Source: a virus
Taxonomy: Duplodnaviria; Caudoviricetes
IMG/VR virus record: IMGVR_UViG_3300024309_000002
Span: 1-43,566 of that record
DNA: 43,566 bases
Strand: one strand, 5' to 3'
Shown here: positions 28,559 to 38,300 of the stretch, one piece after another
Layout of the letters: each line of letters opens with the position of its first letter
How positions within the stretch are numbered: the first letter of the stretch is position 1
Notes under the pieces: generated by a model
Database searches by the model: none
Seen by the model: only the letters and a program-made list of their open reading frames with translations
Told to the model about the DNA's origin: nothing
Position numbers and translations under genes: made by a program

Positions 28559-30331
28559 ATGCCGACCGTACCGACCTACGACGCCCCCCAAGTTGCTTCG
28601 ACCGAATTGCCCGGTGTGGGCCTGCGCTCCGTCGTGTCCCCCGGTCTGCTCACGGCTGGCTCGCGTGGGGCCGAGATCGCTCTACGCGACAACGCGAGCA
28701 ACGCACGTGGCGCGATGGACTTGGGCCGTGCGGTGCTCGACATCGGCGTGAAAATGCAGGCGCGTGACGATCTCGAAACGATCTTCACGCAGGAAACCGC
28801 TCTCAAAGATGGATGGGTCAAATTCCAAAACGAAGCGCGCCAGCGTAACGGCGCGAACGCTGCGGGCCTGACGGCGGAAACCGATGCGTGGTTTCAGCAG
28901 CAGGAGCAGGAACTCACCAAAAACTTCACCAATCGCAACCAGCAAATTGCTTTCGCCAAGACCTTCGGCCAACTACGCGCGCAGGCGATGGGCAGCATGT
29001 CGGCCTACGAGACGCAGGAACGCGAGCGCTCGCTGGCCGAGACTGCCGAGGCGTCGATAAATAGTTCGATCAATCTGGCGGCTACGGCAGCGCTCGACCC
29101 CAAAACGAACCCTGCACCGGCAGCCGCCCAGGCGCGCGAGGACATTCAATCGCGGCTGGACGTGATCGGCAAGATGCGTGGCTGGACACCCGAAGTGCTC
29201 GCTGACAAGAAAGCGAAGATGCTGGACAGCCTGCACATGTCTGTCATTGCGGCGATGATCGACCAGCGCCCCGGCGTGGCGAAAGCCTACATGAAGGCCA
29301 ACAAGGACGAGATCAGCGGCGTGAGCCAAGCGAAGGTGCGCGACTGGCTCGACACCATCGCCAAGCGCGCCGAGGGCGACGTAATCCTTGCTACGGCGCA
29401 ATCCTTCGCTGACGACGCGATCAGCAGCGGCATGACCGAGTACGACGCCATCAACGCCGCACGCGCGAAGTTCTCGGGCAAGCAGGAGGAGCAGGCTGTT
29501 CAAGCGCTCAAGGTGCGATACAACGAGCGGCAGACCTCGGCAGCCGATGCCGCCTGGGGTGCCTTCCAGAATGGCGGCGGCAAGATCGAAGCGATCCCGG
29601 TTTCGATCTTCAACGATCTGAACCCCAAGGACAAGGCCGCGCTGCAAGAGGCGGCGGCCAACGGTATTTTCCCCAAGCAATCCGACCGAGGGACGCTGGC
29701 AGACCTGTACTCGCTCGAAGCACGGGGCGATCTCACGCCGGACGTGGTGCGTCGCGCCTCGTCGCAACTGAACCAAGGCGACTATCAGAAGTTCATGGAC
29801 TCGGCGAACTCGCCCGACAAGCAGCGCACGGCCAGTATCGACGCCGACGACTTCAACACCCTGGCCGTGAAAACTGAACGCTTTGATCCCTTCTCCTCGA
29901 AGCCCGAGGACAAGGCCAAGATCGGCGAGTTGCGCTCGGCCATTGAAGCCCGGATCGACGAAGAACAGCAGGCCAAAAAGCGCGTGCTGACACGCGACGA
30001 GAAAAAGGCTGTCATGCAGTCCGTGCTCGACAACAAAGTGTTCGTTGACGAGTGGGGCCGCGATCCCGAGAAACTGCAATACCAACTGTCGGCGGACGAC
30101 CGGCAAAACGCCTACGTCGTGGTCAACACGCCGATCACGGTGCGCGGCTCGCGCTTCTCGCAGCCAGTGCAGACTACGAAGAAACAGACGATCTACCTGC
30201 GCGACATCAGCAAAGAGGAGCGCAACGCGATCATCAACAAGCTGACAAAACTGAACATGCCGATCACTGAACAGAGCATCGCCGAAGCCTGGGCCAACGC
30301 CAAGCAAAAGCAAGCCGAGTGGGGTAAATAA
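28559..30331 (+). CDS. Internal virion (ejection) protein 2, about 590 aa
   Basis: MPTVPTYD start typical of this position; helical composition; between ejection protein 1 and the giant protein. Confidence 0.7.
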   Translation: MPTVPTYDAPQVASTELPGVGLRSVVSPGLLTAGSRGAEIALRDNASNARGAMDLGRAVLDIGVKMQARDDLETIFTQETALKDGWVKFQNEARQRNGANAAGLTAETDAWFQQQEQELTKNFTNRNQQIAFAKTFGQLRAQAMGSMSAYETQERERSLAETAEASINSSINLAATAALDPKTNPAPAAAQAREDIQSRLDVIGKMRGWTPEVLADKKAKMLDSLHMSVIAAMIDQRPGVAKAYMKANKDEISGVSQAKVRDWLDTIAKRAEGDVILATAQSFADDAISSGMTEYDAINAARAKFSGKQEEQAVQALKVRYNERQTSAADAAWGAFQNGGGKIEAIPVSIFNDLNPKDKAALQEAAANGIFPKQSDRGTLADLYSLEARGDLTPDVVRRASSQLNQGDYQKFMDSANSPDKQRTASIDADDFNTLAVKTERFDPFSSKPEDKAKIGELRSAIEARIDEEQQAKKRVLTRDEKKAVMQSVLDNKVFVDEWGRDPEKLQYQLSADDRQNAYVVVNTPITVRGSRFSQPVQTTKKQTIYLRDISKEERNAIINKLTKLNMPITEQSIAEAWANAKQKQAEWGK

Positions 30332-33300
30332 TGGCCGACACTCGCAGCTTCACCGACGCGCTCGACGCGGTATTCAGCACCGGCACGCCGCCCGCTGGCC
30401 TGCAAGAGCAAGGCAACATCGACCTCACGGCGCGGCCTGTGGTGAACAACCCGGACGGGTCGATCAGCACTGTGCGCTCGATGTCTTTCAACATGGACGG
30501 GCAGGAGGTGTTGATCCCGACCGTGGCCGACGATGGCTCTCGCATCCTGTCCGATGACGAGGCCGTAGACCAGTACCGGCGTACGGGAAAGTTCCTCGGC
30601 AAGTTCGACACGCCTGAAAACGCCACGGCCTACGCGGAACAACTGCACAGCGATCAGGAGCAGCGCTACAACCCCGAATTCATGCGCGCGCTCGACGTGA
30701 CGCTTGGCGAGCAGCAAGAGGAAAATGCCGCCCGCCTGTCGGCGGTGTTGGCAAGCGTCGCCCGCATGAACCCGGACAAGTACGCCAACGCGCTCGCGCT
30801 GTCCAAGGCATCCGGCCTGCCCGTCGATCTTGTCGAACGCAACTTCGACGACGTGGCCCGCGCGCAGCAGATGCGCGACTTGAAGGCGTTGGCCGCGCGT
30901 AGCCCCGTGCTCGCGCAGCAGCTACTCGATCCGCAATTCGCCGCGCTCGCCAAGGACGACGGCGGCCCGCTGTCGGAGATCGAAAAGCAGTTTGGCACGA
31001 TCCGCGCCACGCCGCAGCCGGACAACACGGTAGCGAATTGGGCGCGCGGCCTGTGGACAACCTTCACGGAAAGCATGTCCCGTCAGCGGCTCAACGTGCA
31101 GCTTGAAGGCTTGGATTTGTTTGGTGGCAATTCCGACGCCGAGGAAATCCGCCGCGCCGATCTGCTGCGCCGGATCGCTGCCTCGCAGTCCCGCGCGGAT
31201 AGTTCCACACCAGACATCGACTCGGTTGTCGCGCGCGACATCTATAGTGGCCTGTCGAGCACCTTGCAGCAACTGCCCGGCTTGGGGCTGGCTGTGCTCA
31301 CGCGCAACCCGGCTTTTGGCCTTGCCTGGGCTGGCTCCCAAGCGCAGACGGATGCCTACGGCAAGTACCGCACTCGCGGCGGCACGCCGGGTGAAGCTGC
31401 GTTCGGCAGTGGCCTCGAAGGGGCCATCGAAGTCGGAACCGAAGCGATCCCGATGGGTTTCTTTGTTGACCGCTTCGGCAAGGAAGGGATGCGCGCGTTT
31501 ATCGGCGGCTTGCTGGCACGCGAGGTTCCCACCGAGATCGTGGCTACCATCGGGCAAAGCGCGGTCGATACCGCCATTGCTAATCCGAGCGCGACGTGGG
31601 GCGATTACATCGACTCACTGCCTTCGGACATCCGATCCACCTTCATCGCTACGGTCACGCAATCAATTCTGACGGGCGGGGCTGGCACGCTGGCTTATCG
31701 TCTGTCGGGCGAGCGCTCGCGTGTTCGTGCTGCCCAGGACAATGCGGCGGCTGTCGAGCGGCTTAAGCAACTCACGACGGCGATGAACCTGTCCAAGCGC
31801 GACGTATCGAGCGCGCAGACTTTCCTCGACGCGGCTGCCGCCGATGGCCCGCTTGAGAACATCTACCTCGACGTGCAGCGCTTGCAGCAGTCCGACGTGG
31901 ACTTGACCAAGCTGGCCGAGGTGTTGCCCTCGGCTGCCGAACAGATCGGCCCGGCGCTTGCCACGGGCGACGACATCGTGATCCCGGTGGGTGAGTTCCT
32001 CACGAACATTCAGGGTTCCGATCTCGACGCCCAGGTAACGCCGCACATCCGCACGTCGCCCGACGCCTTGAGCGTGGACGACGCCAACCGCTTCGTTGCC
32101 TCCGAGACGGCCAACATGCAGGCAGCCGCCGCGCAGATCGTGGCCGAGCGCGAGCAGGACGCAGCGTGGCAATCGGAAGTCGCCCAGGTTGAGCAGCACT
32201 TTGCCGATCAATTGGCCCAAGTCGGGCGGTTCAGCCCGGACGTGAACAGCGCCTATTCGGGGGTGCTTCGTGACTTTTATACAACGATGGCTGCACGCAC
32301 TGGCCGCACGCCAGCGCAGATGTTGGCCGAGTTTCCGCTGCAAGTCCGGGCCGAAGGTATCCCCGGCGAGCAACAACTGAATCAGGAGGCCGCCGATGGC
32401 AGCCACACTACCGCCACTGTCCCCGGAGTATCGGGCGGACAAGACCTTCTCACAACTGTCGCAGGCCAACAAGCCAGCGCCGGATGGGCAGCCGCAACCG
32501 TCGTCCGACGACCAGACGACCGCCCTGCTGCGGTTTATCGAGCAGGCCGAGCAGTCACCCCAGGCGACTTCGACGGGGCCGTTGTCGGGCCTGCTGGCGG
32601 CCCTGCGGGGCATGGCCTCGGCGTTTGGTTTACCAGCGAGCAGCGAGAGGCCGCCGAAAATGGAACCGTAACGCCCTACTACCTCGATTTGCGTAACCCG
32701 TTCCCGACCACATTGGCGGCCATGCCCCGATTTGAGACGGCGGCCCAGGCCGCCGCATGGCGTGACGAACTGCGCGCGCAAGGGTATGATGGAGTGGCTA
32801 TCGACGAGCGCGAGCGCGGCGGCCCTGTGCAGTTTGTGGCCTTCGCTCCCGAGGCCGTCATCCAAGCCCCTCCCTCCGATCCGTTGAATGTGGGGGCATT
32901 TTCACAGGGGCAAGATGATGGAACTGGACGAGGACTTGAAGGACGCACTGACGTATCTGGACGAGGCGAGGCGCGCGGAAGCGATAGCGCACTTGCAGGA
33001 GGCGAAGGACTCGCCAGCGGAGTTCGCACTGCGTCGGATGGCGATCATGGCGGAAGCGGAAGAATCACCGAAGATCGGGGACTTGCGCCTCTTGAAGGTG
33101 CGCCATCAGTCCAAGGGTTTCACGGGCCAGACCCGCGACTCGTCGCTGTCGCAGAACAATACGCCGCCGACCAGGGGATAACTCTCAAGCGGCAAGCCGT
33201 CTATGTCGAAGTCGATCCCGAGCGGGCTACCCGCATCGCGGCGGCTTACGACGAGATGGAACACGCCCCCCACGACCCGAAGGTCAAAGAAGCATACGCC

Positions 33301-36300
33301 AACCTCATCGCGCAGACTGTCGCACAGTACCGCGCTCTTGAAGCGGCAGGCTATCGCTTCTGGTTCATCGACATCAATACCCCCGAAGGGCGGGCGTATT
33401 CGTCCTCGCCGTGGAACGCCATGCGCGACATCCGGGCGAATCAGTCGATGGGCATTTTCCCGACTGACGAGGGCTTCGGCTCCAACGAAGAATTCAACGC
33501 GGACGAAAACCCGCTGCAAGCCGACACCGGCATTCTGTGGCCCAACGGATCGCCAGACGGGCCGCTAAAACCCGTGCTCGCCAATGACCTTTTCCGTGCG
33601 GTACACGACGCTTTCGGCCACGGCCTTGAGGGCGCAGGCTTTCGCGCGCGGGGCGAGGAAAACGCTTGGCAGTCGCACGTGCGCCTTTTCACGGGCAGCG
33701 CGGTAGGCGCGATCACCACCGAGACACGCGGGCAAAATAGCTGGCTCAACTATGGCCCCTACGGTGAAAGCAACCGCACGGCCAGCGCAGCCGAAACCCA
33801 CTTCGCCGACCAGAAAACGGGCCTCATGCCCGAGTGGACTTGGCAGGAAGGCGTCGCGCCCGACGAGGGCGGTAACGGTAGTGGAGACGAACGCAGCACG
33901 CTCGAACAATCCGCCCTGCCGCCTGGGCAGATCACGCTCGTCCACTACTCGAATCAGGCTGATCTCGCGCAGACCGACCCGGACAAACACGGCACCGGCT
34001 ACAAGGGTGCGGAACGCCAGCGCCGCGATGCGTTCCCCGATCTGTACGTCAACCGCACCTACTTCGGCATCACGGGGATCGACAATCCTTATCAGCGCGA
34101 GTCGGGCCTCGGCACGAACGTCTACCACGCGACGGTGGATTCCGCCGACCTGTACGACATGAAGGCCGATCCCGATGGTCTGTATCCGCAGGCGCGCGAG
34201 GAATCACGACGCACCGATCTGAACGGTATCGAGAACTGGACTCGCACGGAAAGCATCTACAAGGCCATGATCCGCGACGCGGGATACAAGGGCTACTACG
34301 TCGGCAACGTGGCCGCCGTGTTTGAGCCGATGGCCGTGCAGAAGGGCAACGCGATGGCTCAAAACGAATCGCGCGGCCAACTGTCCTTCGGCAGCGACAT
34401 CACGCAGTCGCCAAGCGTCATCACGCTGTTCGAGAAAGCCAACCTCTCGACGCTGCTGCATGAACTCGGCCACTTCCAGCTTGAGGTGCTCGCCAATCTG
34501 GCCGCGCGGCCCAACGCGCCCACCAGCATCGTCGCCGACATGAACGCCGTGCTGCGCTGGTTCGACGAGTGGTTCACGCTCGATCAATGGCGTGCGATGA
34601 CCGTAGAGGAAAAGCGCCCATACCACGAACGATTCGCGCGCGGCTTCGAGGCGTATTTGTTCGAGGGCAAAGCACCTACCCCGGAACTGAAAACGCTGTT
34701 CCAGCGTTTTGCCGCCTGGATGCGCCGGGTGTACCAGAACATCACGCGCCTGAACGTCGAGGTGTCGCCCGAGGTGAAAGCGGTGTTCGACCGGATGCTC
34801 GCGTCAGAACAGGCCATCGCCGAGGCCCAGGCCGCCGCCAGCATGACTCCGGCTTTCGGTTCCGCCGAGGCGATGGGAACGGATGCCGAGGGTTTCACAG
34901 CCTATCAGGCACTCGGGCAGGAAGCCACGGACACGGCCACGGATGCCCTACAGCAACGCAGCCTGCGCGACATGCGCTACGCAGGCAAAGCGCGCGACAA
35001 GTTCATCAAGGACATGCAGAAGGCCACGGCCCGCATCCGCAAGACGCTGCGCGCCGAGGTGCAGGCCGACGTGCGCGCTCAACCCGTCTACGCCGCCATG
35101 CACTTCCTACGGCGCGGCGAGATGACGACGGACGCAGGCGAGCAGATCAAGGCCAGCATCGGTCACAAACTGGATCGGGCAGCCCTGGCCGAGATGTACC
35201 CCGACTCTATGCTCTCGCGCCCCGACCTGTCGCGGCTGCGCGGCATGACGCGCAAGGATGGGCTGCACCCCGATCAAGTCGCCGAGATATTCGGCTTTCA
35301 GTCGGGCGATCAGCTTGTGCGCGAGATCATCGACGCGACACCGGAAAACGAGTATGTCGAGGCCGAGACGGACGCGCGCATGTTGGAACGCTACGGCGAC
35401 ATCACCAGCCCCGAAGCGCTCGCTCGTGCCGCCGACGAGGCGATCCACAACGACGTGCGCGCTCGCTTCGTGGCTACCGAGATCAAGGCCGCCGTGAAGT
35501 CTGTCGGCCCCGTGCGTGCGCTGACGGCGGCAGCCAAGGACTACGCCGAGCGCCTGATCGCGCGCAAGCGGGTCAAGGACTTGCGCCCCCGGCAGCACGC
35601 CGCAGCCGAAGGGCGCGCGGCCAAGGCCGCGCTCGATGCGCTCGCCAAGAACGACCCCCAGGGCTTCGCCGTGCAGAAACGCAATCAGCTTGTGCAAATC
35701 CAAGCGACGAAGTTGGCCTACGAGGCACAGAACGAGATGGCTGCCATGCTGCGCCGTTGGTCGCAGATCGTGCGGCGTAACGATGAGCGTGCAGGCAAGT
35801 CCTACGACATCGACATGCTCAACGCGGTGCGCGCCATCCTCGGCATGTACGGGATCGCGCCGCGCACGGGCGAGCGCGCGATGGACTATCTCGGCAAGGT
35901 GAAGAACTACGACCCCGACATGTATGCCGTGGTCGAGGATTCCGTCATGCGCGCCGAAGCCAACGCGCAGCCGTTCGATGAGTTGACGGTCGAGGACGCG
36001 CGGGCCTTGCGCGACGAGATCGACGCGCTGCTGCACCTTGCACGCCGCAGCAAGCAAATGGAGGTGGACGGCGATCTGATCGACCGGCAGGAAGTCGAGG
36101 AAGCCTTGCGCGCCCGCATGGAGGAGATCGGCCTGCCCGATGTCGCCCCCGGCCAGTTGTCGGCCATCACGCCCAAAGAGCAGGCCATCATCCGCTTCAA
36201 GACGTTCCGGGCGGCTGCGCGCCGTGTGGAAAGTTGGGTGGGCGAGATCGACGGCAAAGACTTCGGGCCGTTCCGCCGCTTTATGTGGAACCGGGTGAAG

Positions 36301-38238
36301 GACGCCGCGACTGCGTACCGCACGGACAAGGCCAAGCACCTCACGAAGCTGCGCGACTTGCTCAACAGCATCGCGCCCTCGCTCAAGCCCCTGCGGATCG
36401 AAGCCCCCGAGTTGAACTACACGTTCGGCAAGGACACGGCCAACAGCGCCACGGCGGAAATCCTGCACGCGCTGCTGCACACCGGCAACGAGAGCAACAA
36501 GCGCAAGCTGCTGCTCGGGCGCAATTGGGCTACCGAGCGCGAGGACGGTTCGCTCGACACGTCGCGGTGGGATGCCTTCATCAAGCGCATGATCGACGAG
36601 GGCCGGATCACCAAGGCCCATTACGACTTCGCGCAGGGCGTGTGGGACTTGCTCGAAAGCCTCAAGCCGCTCGCACAAAAGACGCACCGGGATGTGTTCG
36701 GCAAATACTTCGACGAGATCACGGCCACGCCGTTCTCCACGCCTTTCGGCGACTACCGAGGCGGGTACGTACCGGCCAAGGCCGACACGCGCATTGTGGG
36801 CGATGCAGCAATGCGCGATCTGATCGAGCGCGAAAACGCGAGCATGGCCTATGCCTTCCCCGCCACGGCCAAGGGCTTCACGAAGGGCCGCGTCGAATAC
36901 AACCGCCCGCTCATGCTTGACCTGCGTACGCTCGCGCAGCACGTCGATCAAGTGCTGCTGTTCTCGCACATGGAGATGCCGGTACGCGACGTGACGCGCG
37001 TGCTCAAGGGCGTGCAAGGCACGCTGTACCGGCTTGACCCCACGGCCCTGTCCGGGATGCTCACGCCCTGGCTCAACCGTGCCGCCCGCCAGCAGGTTGT
37101 CACGCCTATCGCGGGCGACGCCGGGATGTCTCGCTTCTGGTCTGTGCTGCGCTCGCGCGCAGGCGCGGCGGCCATGTTCGCCAACATCGCCAACGCGGCG
37201 CAGCAGATCACGGGCTTTTCCCTGGCTGCGGTGAAGGTCAAGCCGCGCCTGCTCAAATCGGCCATCGCCGACTACATGAAAAGCCCGCGCGAGTTCACCC
37301 GCGCGGTGGCCGAAGCGTCGCCCTTCATGTCCGACCGCATGAACGACACCATCGGCCATCTCTCGGACGACATCCGGGAAATCTTGCTGAACCCGACGAA
37401 GTTGCAACAGGCCCAGGGCTGGACAATGCGCCATGCTTATTTCTTGCAGCAGGCCGTCGATAATGTCATGTCGCCCTCGATCTGGCAGGCCGCCTACAAC
37501 CAGCACGTCGAGGAAGGCCACAACCACGATGACGCGGTGCGCTTCGCTGACGGCGTGATCCGGCAGACCCAGGGCAGCCAACTGCCCGAGGACGTGTCGC
37601 GCATCGAAACCGGCCCGGCCTTCGTGCGGCTGTTCACGCAGTTTGCCGGGTACTTCAACATGCAAGCCAACCTACTCGGCACCGAGTTCGCCAATCTGGC
37701 GCGAGACTACGGGCTGCGTAAGGGGGCGAGTCGGGGGTTCTTTGTGCTCGCGTCGGGGTTCCTCGTACCGGCTATCGTGGCCGAGGCCGTCGTGCAAGTG
37801 TTTCGAGGCGGGCCGGGCGACGAGGACGACGATGGCTATCTCGATGACTGGCTCTCGGCCTTGAGCCTGGGCGTGCTACGCAACGCAACGGCGATGGTTC
37901 CCATCGCCGGACAGCTTGCCAATGCCGTCGTGAACTCGATGAACAACAAGCCATACGACGACCGGCTCGCCACGGCCCCCGCAATCTCCATGATCGAGAA
38001 CGCGATCCGGGCGGTTCCCTCGACCTACAAGGCGGCGGCAGGCACCGGCAGCGCGCAGAAGGCCGTGCGCGATGTGGCCTCGCTTATTGGCATCACGGTG
38101 GGCCTGCCTGCTCCTGTGGCTGCGCGTCCCCTGGCCTACGCTGCGGGCATGGCTTCGGGCAAGATCGAGCCAACCAGCGCGCTCGATACGGCCCGTGGTC
38201 TGCTGACAGGTACAGCCAGCGAGGAGTCCCGACGATAA
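30331..38238 (+). CDS. Giant internal virion/ejection protein with inserted enzymatic domains (polyvalent protein), 2635 aa
   Basis: Position of the T7 gp16 analogue; two ADP-ribosyltransferase-like segments, a RAVHDAFGH...EENAW domain and a HELGH zincin motif. Confidence 0.8.
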   Translation: MADTRSFTDALDAVFSTGTPPAGLQEQGNIDLTARPVVNNPDGSISTVRSMSFNMDGQEVLIPTVADDGSRILSDDEAVDQYRRTGKFLGKFDTPENATAYAEQLHSDQEQRYNPEFMRALDVTLGEQQEENAARLSAVLASVARMNPDKYANALALSKASGLPVDLVERNFDDVARAQQMRDLKALAARSPVLAQQLLDPQFAALAKDDGGPLSEIEKQFGTIRATPQPDNTVANWARGLWTTFTESMSRQRLNVQLEGLDLFGGNSDAEEIRRADLLRRIAASQSRADSSTPDIDSVVARDIYSGLSSTLQQLPGLGLAVLTRNPAFGLAWAGSQAQTDAYGKYRTRGGTPGEAAFGSGLEGAIEVGTEAIPMGFFVDRFGKEGMRAFIGGLLAREVPTEIVATIGQSAVDTAIANPSATWGDYIDSLPSDIRSTFIATVTQSILTGGAGTLAYRLSGERSRVRAAQDNAAAVERLKQLTTAMNLSKRDVSSAQTFLDAAAADGPLENIYLDVQRLQQSDVDLTKLAEVLPSAAEQIGPALATGDDIVIPVGEFLTNIQGSDLDAQVTPHIRTSPDALSVDDANRFVASETANMQAAAAQIVAEREQDAAWQSEVAQVEQHFADQLAQVGRFSPDVNSAYSGVLRDFYTTMAARTGRTPAQMLAEFPLQVRAEGIPGEQQLNQEAADGSHTTATVPGVSGGQDLLTTVAGQQASAGWAAATVVRRPDDRPAAVYRAGRAVTPGDFDGAVVGPAGGPAGHGLGVWFTSEQREAAENGTVTPYYLDLRNPFPTTLAAMPRFETAAQAAAWRDELRAQGYDGVAIDERERGGPVQFVAFAPEAVIQAPPSDPLNVGAFSQGQDDGTGRGLEGRTDVSGRGEARGSDSALAGGEGLASGVRTASDGDHGGSGRITEDRGLAPLEGAPSVQGFHGPDPRLVAVAEQYAADQGITLKRQAVYVEVDPERATRIAAAYDEMEHAPHDPKVKEAYANLIAQTVAQYRALEAAGYRFWFIDINTPEGRAYSSSPWNAMRDIRANQSMGIFPTDEGFGSNEEFNADENPLQADTGILWPNGSPDGPLKPVLANDLFRAVHDAFGHGLEGAGFRARGEENAWQSHVRLFTGSAVGAITTETRGQNSWLNYGPYGESNRTASAAETHFADQKTGLMPEWTWQEGVAPDEGGNGSGDERSTLEQSALPPGQITLVHYSNQADLAQTDPDKHGTGYKGAERQRRDAFPDLYVNRTYFGITGIDNPYQRESGLGTNVYHATVDSADLYDMKADPDGLYPQAREESRRTDLNGIENWTRTESIYKAMIRDAGYKGYYVGNVAAVFEPMAVQKGNAMAQNESRGQLSFGSDITQSPSVITLFEKANLSTLLHELGHFQLEVLANLAARPNAPTSIVADMNAVLRWFDEWFTLDQWRAMTVEEKRPYHERFARGFEAYLFEGKAPTPELKTLFQRFAAWMRRVYQNITRLNVEVSPEVKAVFDRMLASEQAIAEAQAAASMTPAFGSAEAMGTDAEGFTAYQALGQEATDTATDALQQRSLRDMRYAGKARDKFIKDMQKATARIRKTLRAEVQADVRAQPVYAAMHFLRRGEMTTDAGEQIKASIGHKLDRAALAEMYPDSMLSRPDLSRLRGMTRKDGLHPDQVAEIFGFQSGDQLVREIIDATPENEYVEAETDARMLERYGDITSPEALARAADEAIHNDVRARFVATEIKAAVKSVGPVRALTAAAKDYAERLIARKRVKDLRPRQHAAAEGRAAKAALDALAKNDPQGFAVQKRNQLVQIQATKLAYEAQNEMAAMLRRWSQIVRRNDERAGKSYDIDMLNAVRAILGMYGIAPRTGERAMDYLGKVKNYDPDMYAVVEDSVMRAEANAQPFDELTVEDARALRDEIDALLHLARRSKQMEVDGDLIDRQEVEEALRARMEEIGLPDVAPGQLSAITPKEQAIIRFKTFRAAARRVESWVGEIDGKDFGPFRRFMWNRVKDAATAYRTDKAKHLTKLRDLLNSIAPSLKPLRIEAPELNYTFGKDTANSATAEILHALLHTGNESNKRKLLLGRNWATEREDGSLDTSRWDAFIKRMIDEGRITKAHYDFAQGVWDLLESLKPLAQKTHRDVFGKYFDEITATPFSTPFGDYRGGYVPAKADTRIVGDAAMRDLIERENASMAYAFPATAKGFTKGRVEYNRPLMLDLRTLAQHVDQVLLFSHMEMPVRDVTRVLKGVQGTLYRLDPTALSGMLTPWLNRAARQQVVTPIAGDAGMSRFWSVLRSRAGAAAMFANIANAAQQITGFSLAAVKVKPRLLKSAIADYMKSPREFTRAVAEASPFMSDRMNDTIGHLSDDIREILLNPTKLQQAQGWTMRHAYFLQQAVDNVMSPSIWQAAYNQHVEEGHNHDDAVRFADGVIRQTQGSQLPEDVSRIETGPAFVRLFTQFAGYFNMQANLLGTEFANLARDYGLRKGASRGFFVLASGFLVPAIVAEAVVQVFRGGPGDEDDDGYLDDWLSALSLGVLRNATAMVPIAGQLANAVVNSMNNKPYDDRLATAPAISMIENAIRAVPSTYKAAAGTGSAQKAVRDVASLIGITVGLPAPVAARPLAYAAGMASGKIEPTSALDTARGLLTGTASEESRR
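32396..32671 (+). CDS. Candidate nested +1-frame gene A inside the giant protein, 91 aa
   Basis: AGGAGG 6 nt before the ATG; G/C-ending codons in this frame while the host frame uses rare CGA/GGA/CCA codons. Confidence 0.5.
   Translation: MAATLPPLSPEYRADKTFSQLSQANKPAPDGQPQPSSDDQTTALLRFIEQAEQSPQATSTGPLSGLLAALRGMASAFGLPASSERPPKMEP
32915..33181 (+). CDS. Candidate nested +1-frame gene B inside the giant protein, 88 aa
   Basis: AGGGG before ATGATG; acidic amphipathic helix MELDEDLKDALTYLDEARRAEAIAHL; codon-bias inversion relative to the host frame. Confidence 0.55.
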   Translation: MMELDEDLKDALTYLDEARRAEAIAHLQEAKDSPAEFALRRMAIMAEAEESPKIGDLRLLKVRHQSKGFTGQTRDSSLSQNNTPPTRG

Positions 38239-38274
38239 CCCCGTGGCCTTGAGGCCACGGGCGGCTTGCAAAAT
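38239..38274 (+). promoter_or_regulatory. Putative late promoter element 5 (upstream of tail fibre, DGR and lysis genes), with an inverted second copy
   Basis: CCCCGTGGCCTT-N18-CAAAAT; CCCGTGGCCT-tg-AGGCCACGGG is a perfect 10-bp inverted repeat. Confidence 0.6.
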
Positions 38275-38300
38275 CCCCGGTACTTCGTCGGGATTTTGTC

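Noticed and set aside
33752-34162. Third nested +1 ORF in the giant gene
   Set aside because: No SD, an Arg/Ser/Pro/Thr-rich off-frame composition, and the host frame keeps normal codon usage here
35107-37665. 852-aa minus-strand ORF, and similar long antisense ORFs (353-1852, 16962-18626, 19486-21252, 22062-23849, 28973-30313, 38136-39677, 40205-41305)
   Set aside because: Shadow ORFs opposite well-supported genes in GC-rich DNA; no recognisable motifs or ribosome-binding sites
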